A DNA stretch of 64,000 nucleotides, taken from positions 38,140,263 through 38,204,262 of the forward strand of contig NC_068981.1 in NCBI RefSeq assembly GCF_001194135.2, written 5' to 3'. The DNA comes from Octopus bimaculoides. Lineage: Eukaryota. Below the pieces are notes generated by a model. It was not told where the DNA came from, did no database searches, and saw only the letters and a program-made list of their open reading frames with translations. A program made the translations under genes and the position numbers. Of this stretch, positions 62,964-64,000 are shown one piece after another. The first letter of the stretch is position 1. Each line of letters opens with the position of its first letter.

Positions 62964-63173
62964 TTCTTATTTCTTTATTGCCCACAAGGGGCTAAGCATA
63001 GAGGGTACAAACAAGGGATTAAGTCGATTACATAACTGGTATTTAATTTATCGACCCTGAAAGGATGAAAGGCAAAATCAACCTTAGCGGAATTTGAACT
63101 CAGAATGTAGTGGCAGACGAAATACCGCTAAGCATTTAGCCTGGCGTGCTAACGTTTCTGCCAGCTGGCCACC
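62964..63173 (-). mobile_element. tRNA-headed SINE family 3, well-preserved copy
   Basis: Minus-strand head 'ggtggccagctggcagaaacgttagc...ctgagttcaaattccgc' (A-like and B boxes), body 'ttttgcctttcatcctttcagggtcgataaatt', tail 'ccccttgtgggcaataaagaaataagaa'. Confidence 0.92.
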
Positions 63174-63925
63174 CTTTCCTGCTTTTACTAACTTACTCTA
63201 TTTGGGTGTATCACTAATGTTGATTTAGTGTCTTTCAATCTTATTTCATAAAAGGCAGTGAAAGGATATAAAATATTCTTGTCATCAACAGTCACAACAA
63301 TTTGCTCCATTAATTCTATAAATTTTGAAACTTTGGTTTCAACAAGTAAGTGGAGAAAGAATTTAGCAATGAAACTAATGACATTAAATCTTATCCCCAG
63401 AATTTTTCTCTTAGAAAGGAAGATATAATATATGCTAATAAGAAATAACAGAAAATTGTCTGAGATTTGAAATACTCTTCTACTATGCATAAATATAACA
63501 TGACAAAACATAAATATTTATATTTATCCTATCATGGCAATTGTAAAATCTACCAAATTTTCTATTGAGTGTACATTAGAATCAACAATATTTAGTATTC
63601 ATGTTTCTGTGCTTTTATAGCTAGGATGCTTTTGCTGCAAATCGTTTCAATCCTTTGTTATTTGATCTAGAATGTTTGTTATCAAGAGATCTGATCTCAC
63701 ACTTACCCAAATTTTCTTAGATCTTCCATTAACATTATCTAGCAGTTAGGATGTTTCCCTACCACATATCTACATGTCACTTAGTCGAATTAGCCCATCA
63801 TTTACTCCGCAAATGTTTTGTCATCAAGGTTGCAACTTTCCTGTATCACCTGTTTCAACATAACTAATATATATACAAACTATGCCATTTTAATCCCAAA
63901 CAATGCGGGGTATCTCAGCTAGTTT

Positions 63926-63969
<44 letters not shown>

Positions 63970-64000
63970 AAAGCATATTATATATATACTCGTTACTTGT

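Noticed and set aside
63717-63748. 32-nt minus-strand micro-exon ending TGG|GTAAGT
   Set aside because: Splicing it to the 63315 acceptor gives stops in the frames that are open.

Overview
AT-rich eukaryotic scaffold, dense in repeats and microsatellites, with ten N-gaps. The SINE and LINE families resemble those I associate with octopus (coleoid cephalopod) genomes; this is an inference, not a search result. I found no intact host protein-coding gene, rRNA, tRNA or CRISPR array, so the window is probably intronic or intergenic. Supportable content is a fossil transposon record. DNA transposons: a near full-length dead mariner (D,D34D, TIRs at 67-89 and 1301-1323), a second mariner 3' end, a decayed hAT fragment and a TTAA-flanked piggyBac-type MITE family. 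Retroelements: RTE-clade RT fragments with many (GAT)n-tailed 3' ends, decayed I/Jockey/CR1-group LINE fragments, and three tRNA-headed SINE families. Almost all listed ORFs are microsatellite, N-run or antisense artefacts. The structures least explained by these features are a 110-nt nested foldback (9905-10014), a compact hairpin (33265-33339), a cysteine/histidine module inside an RTE RT, tail-swapped SINEs and a 286-bp segment between 15-bp direct repeats (49593-49908). I see no convincing evidence of a new biological system; these are leads only.
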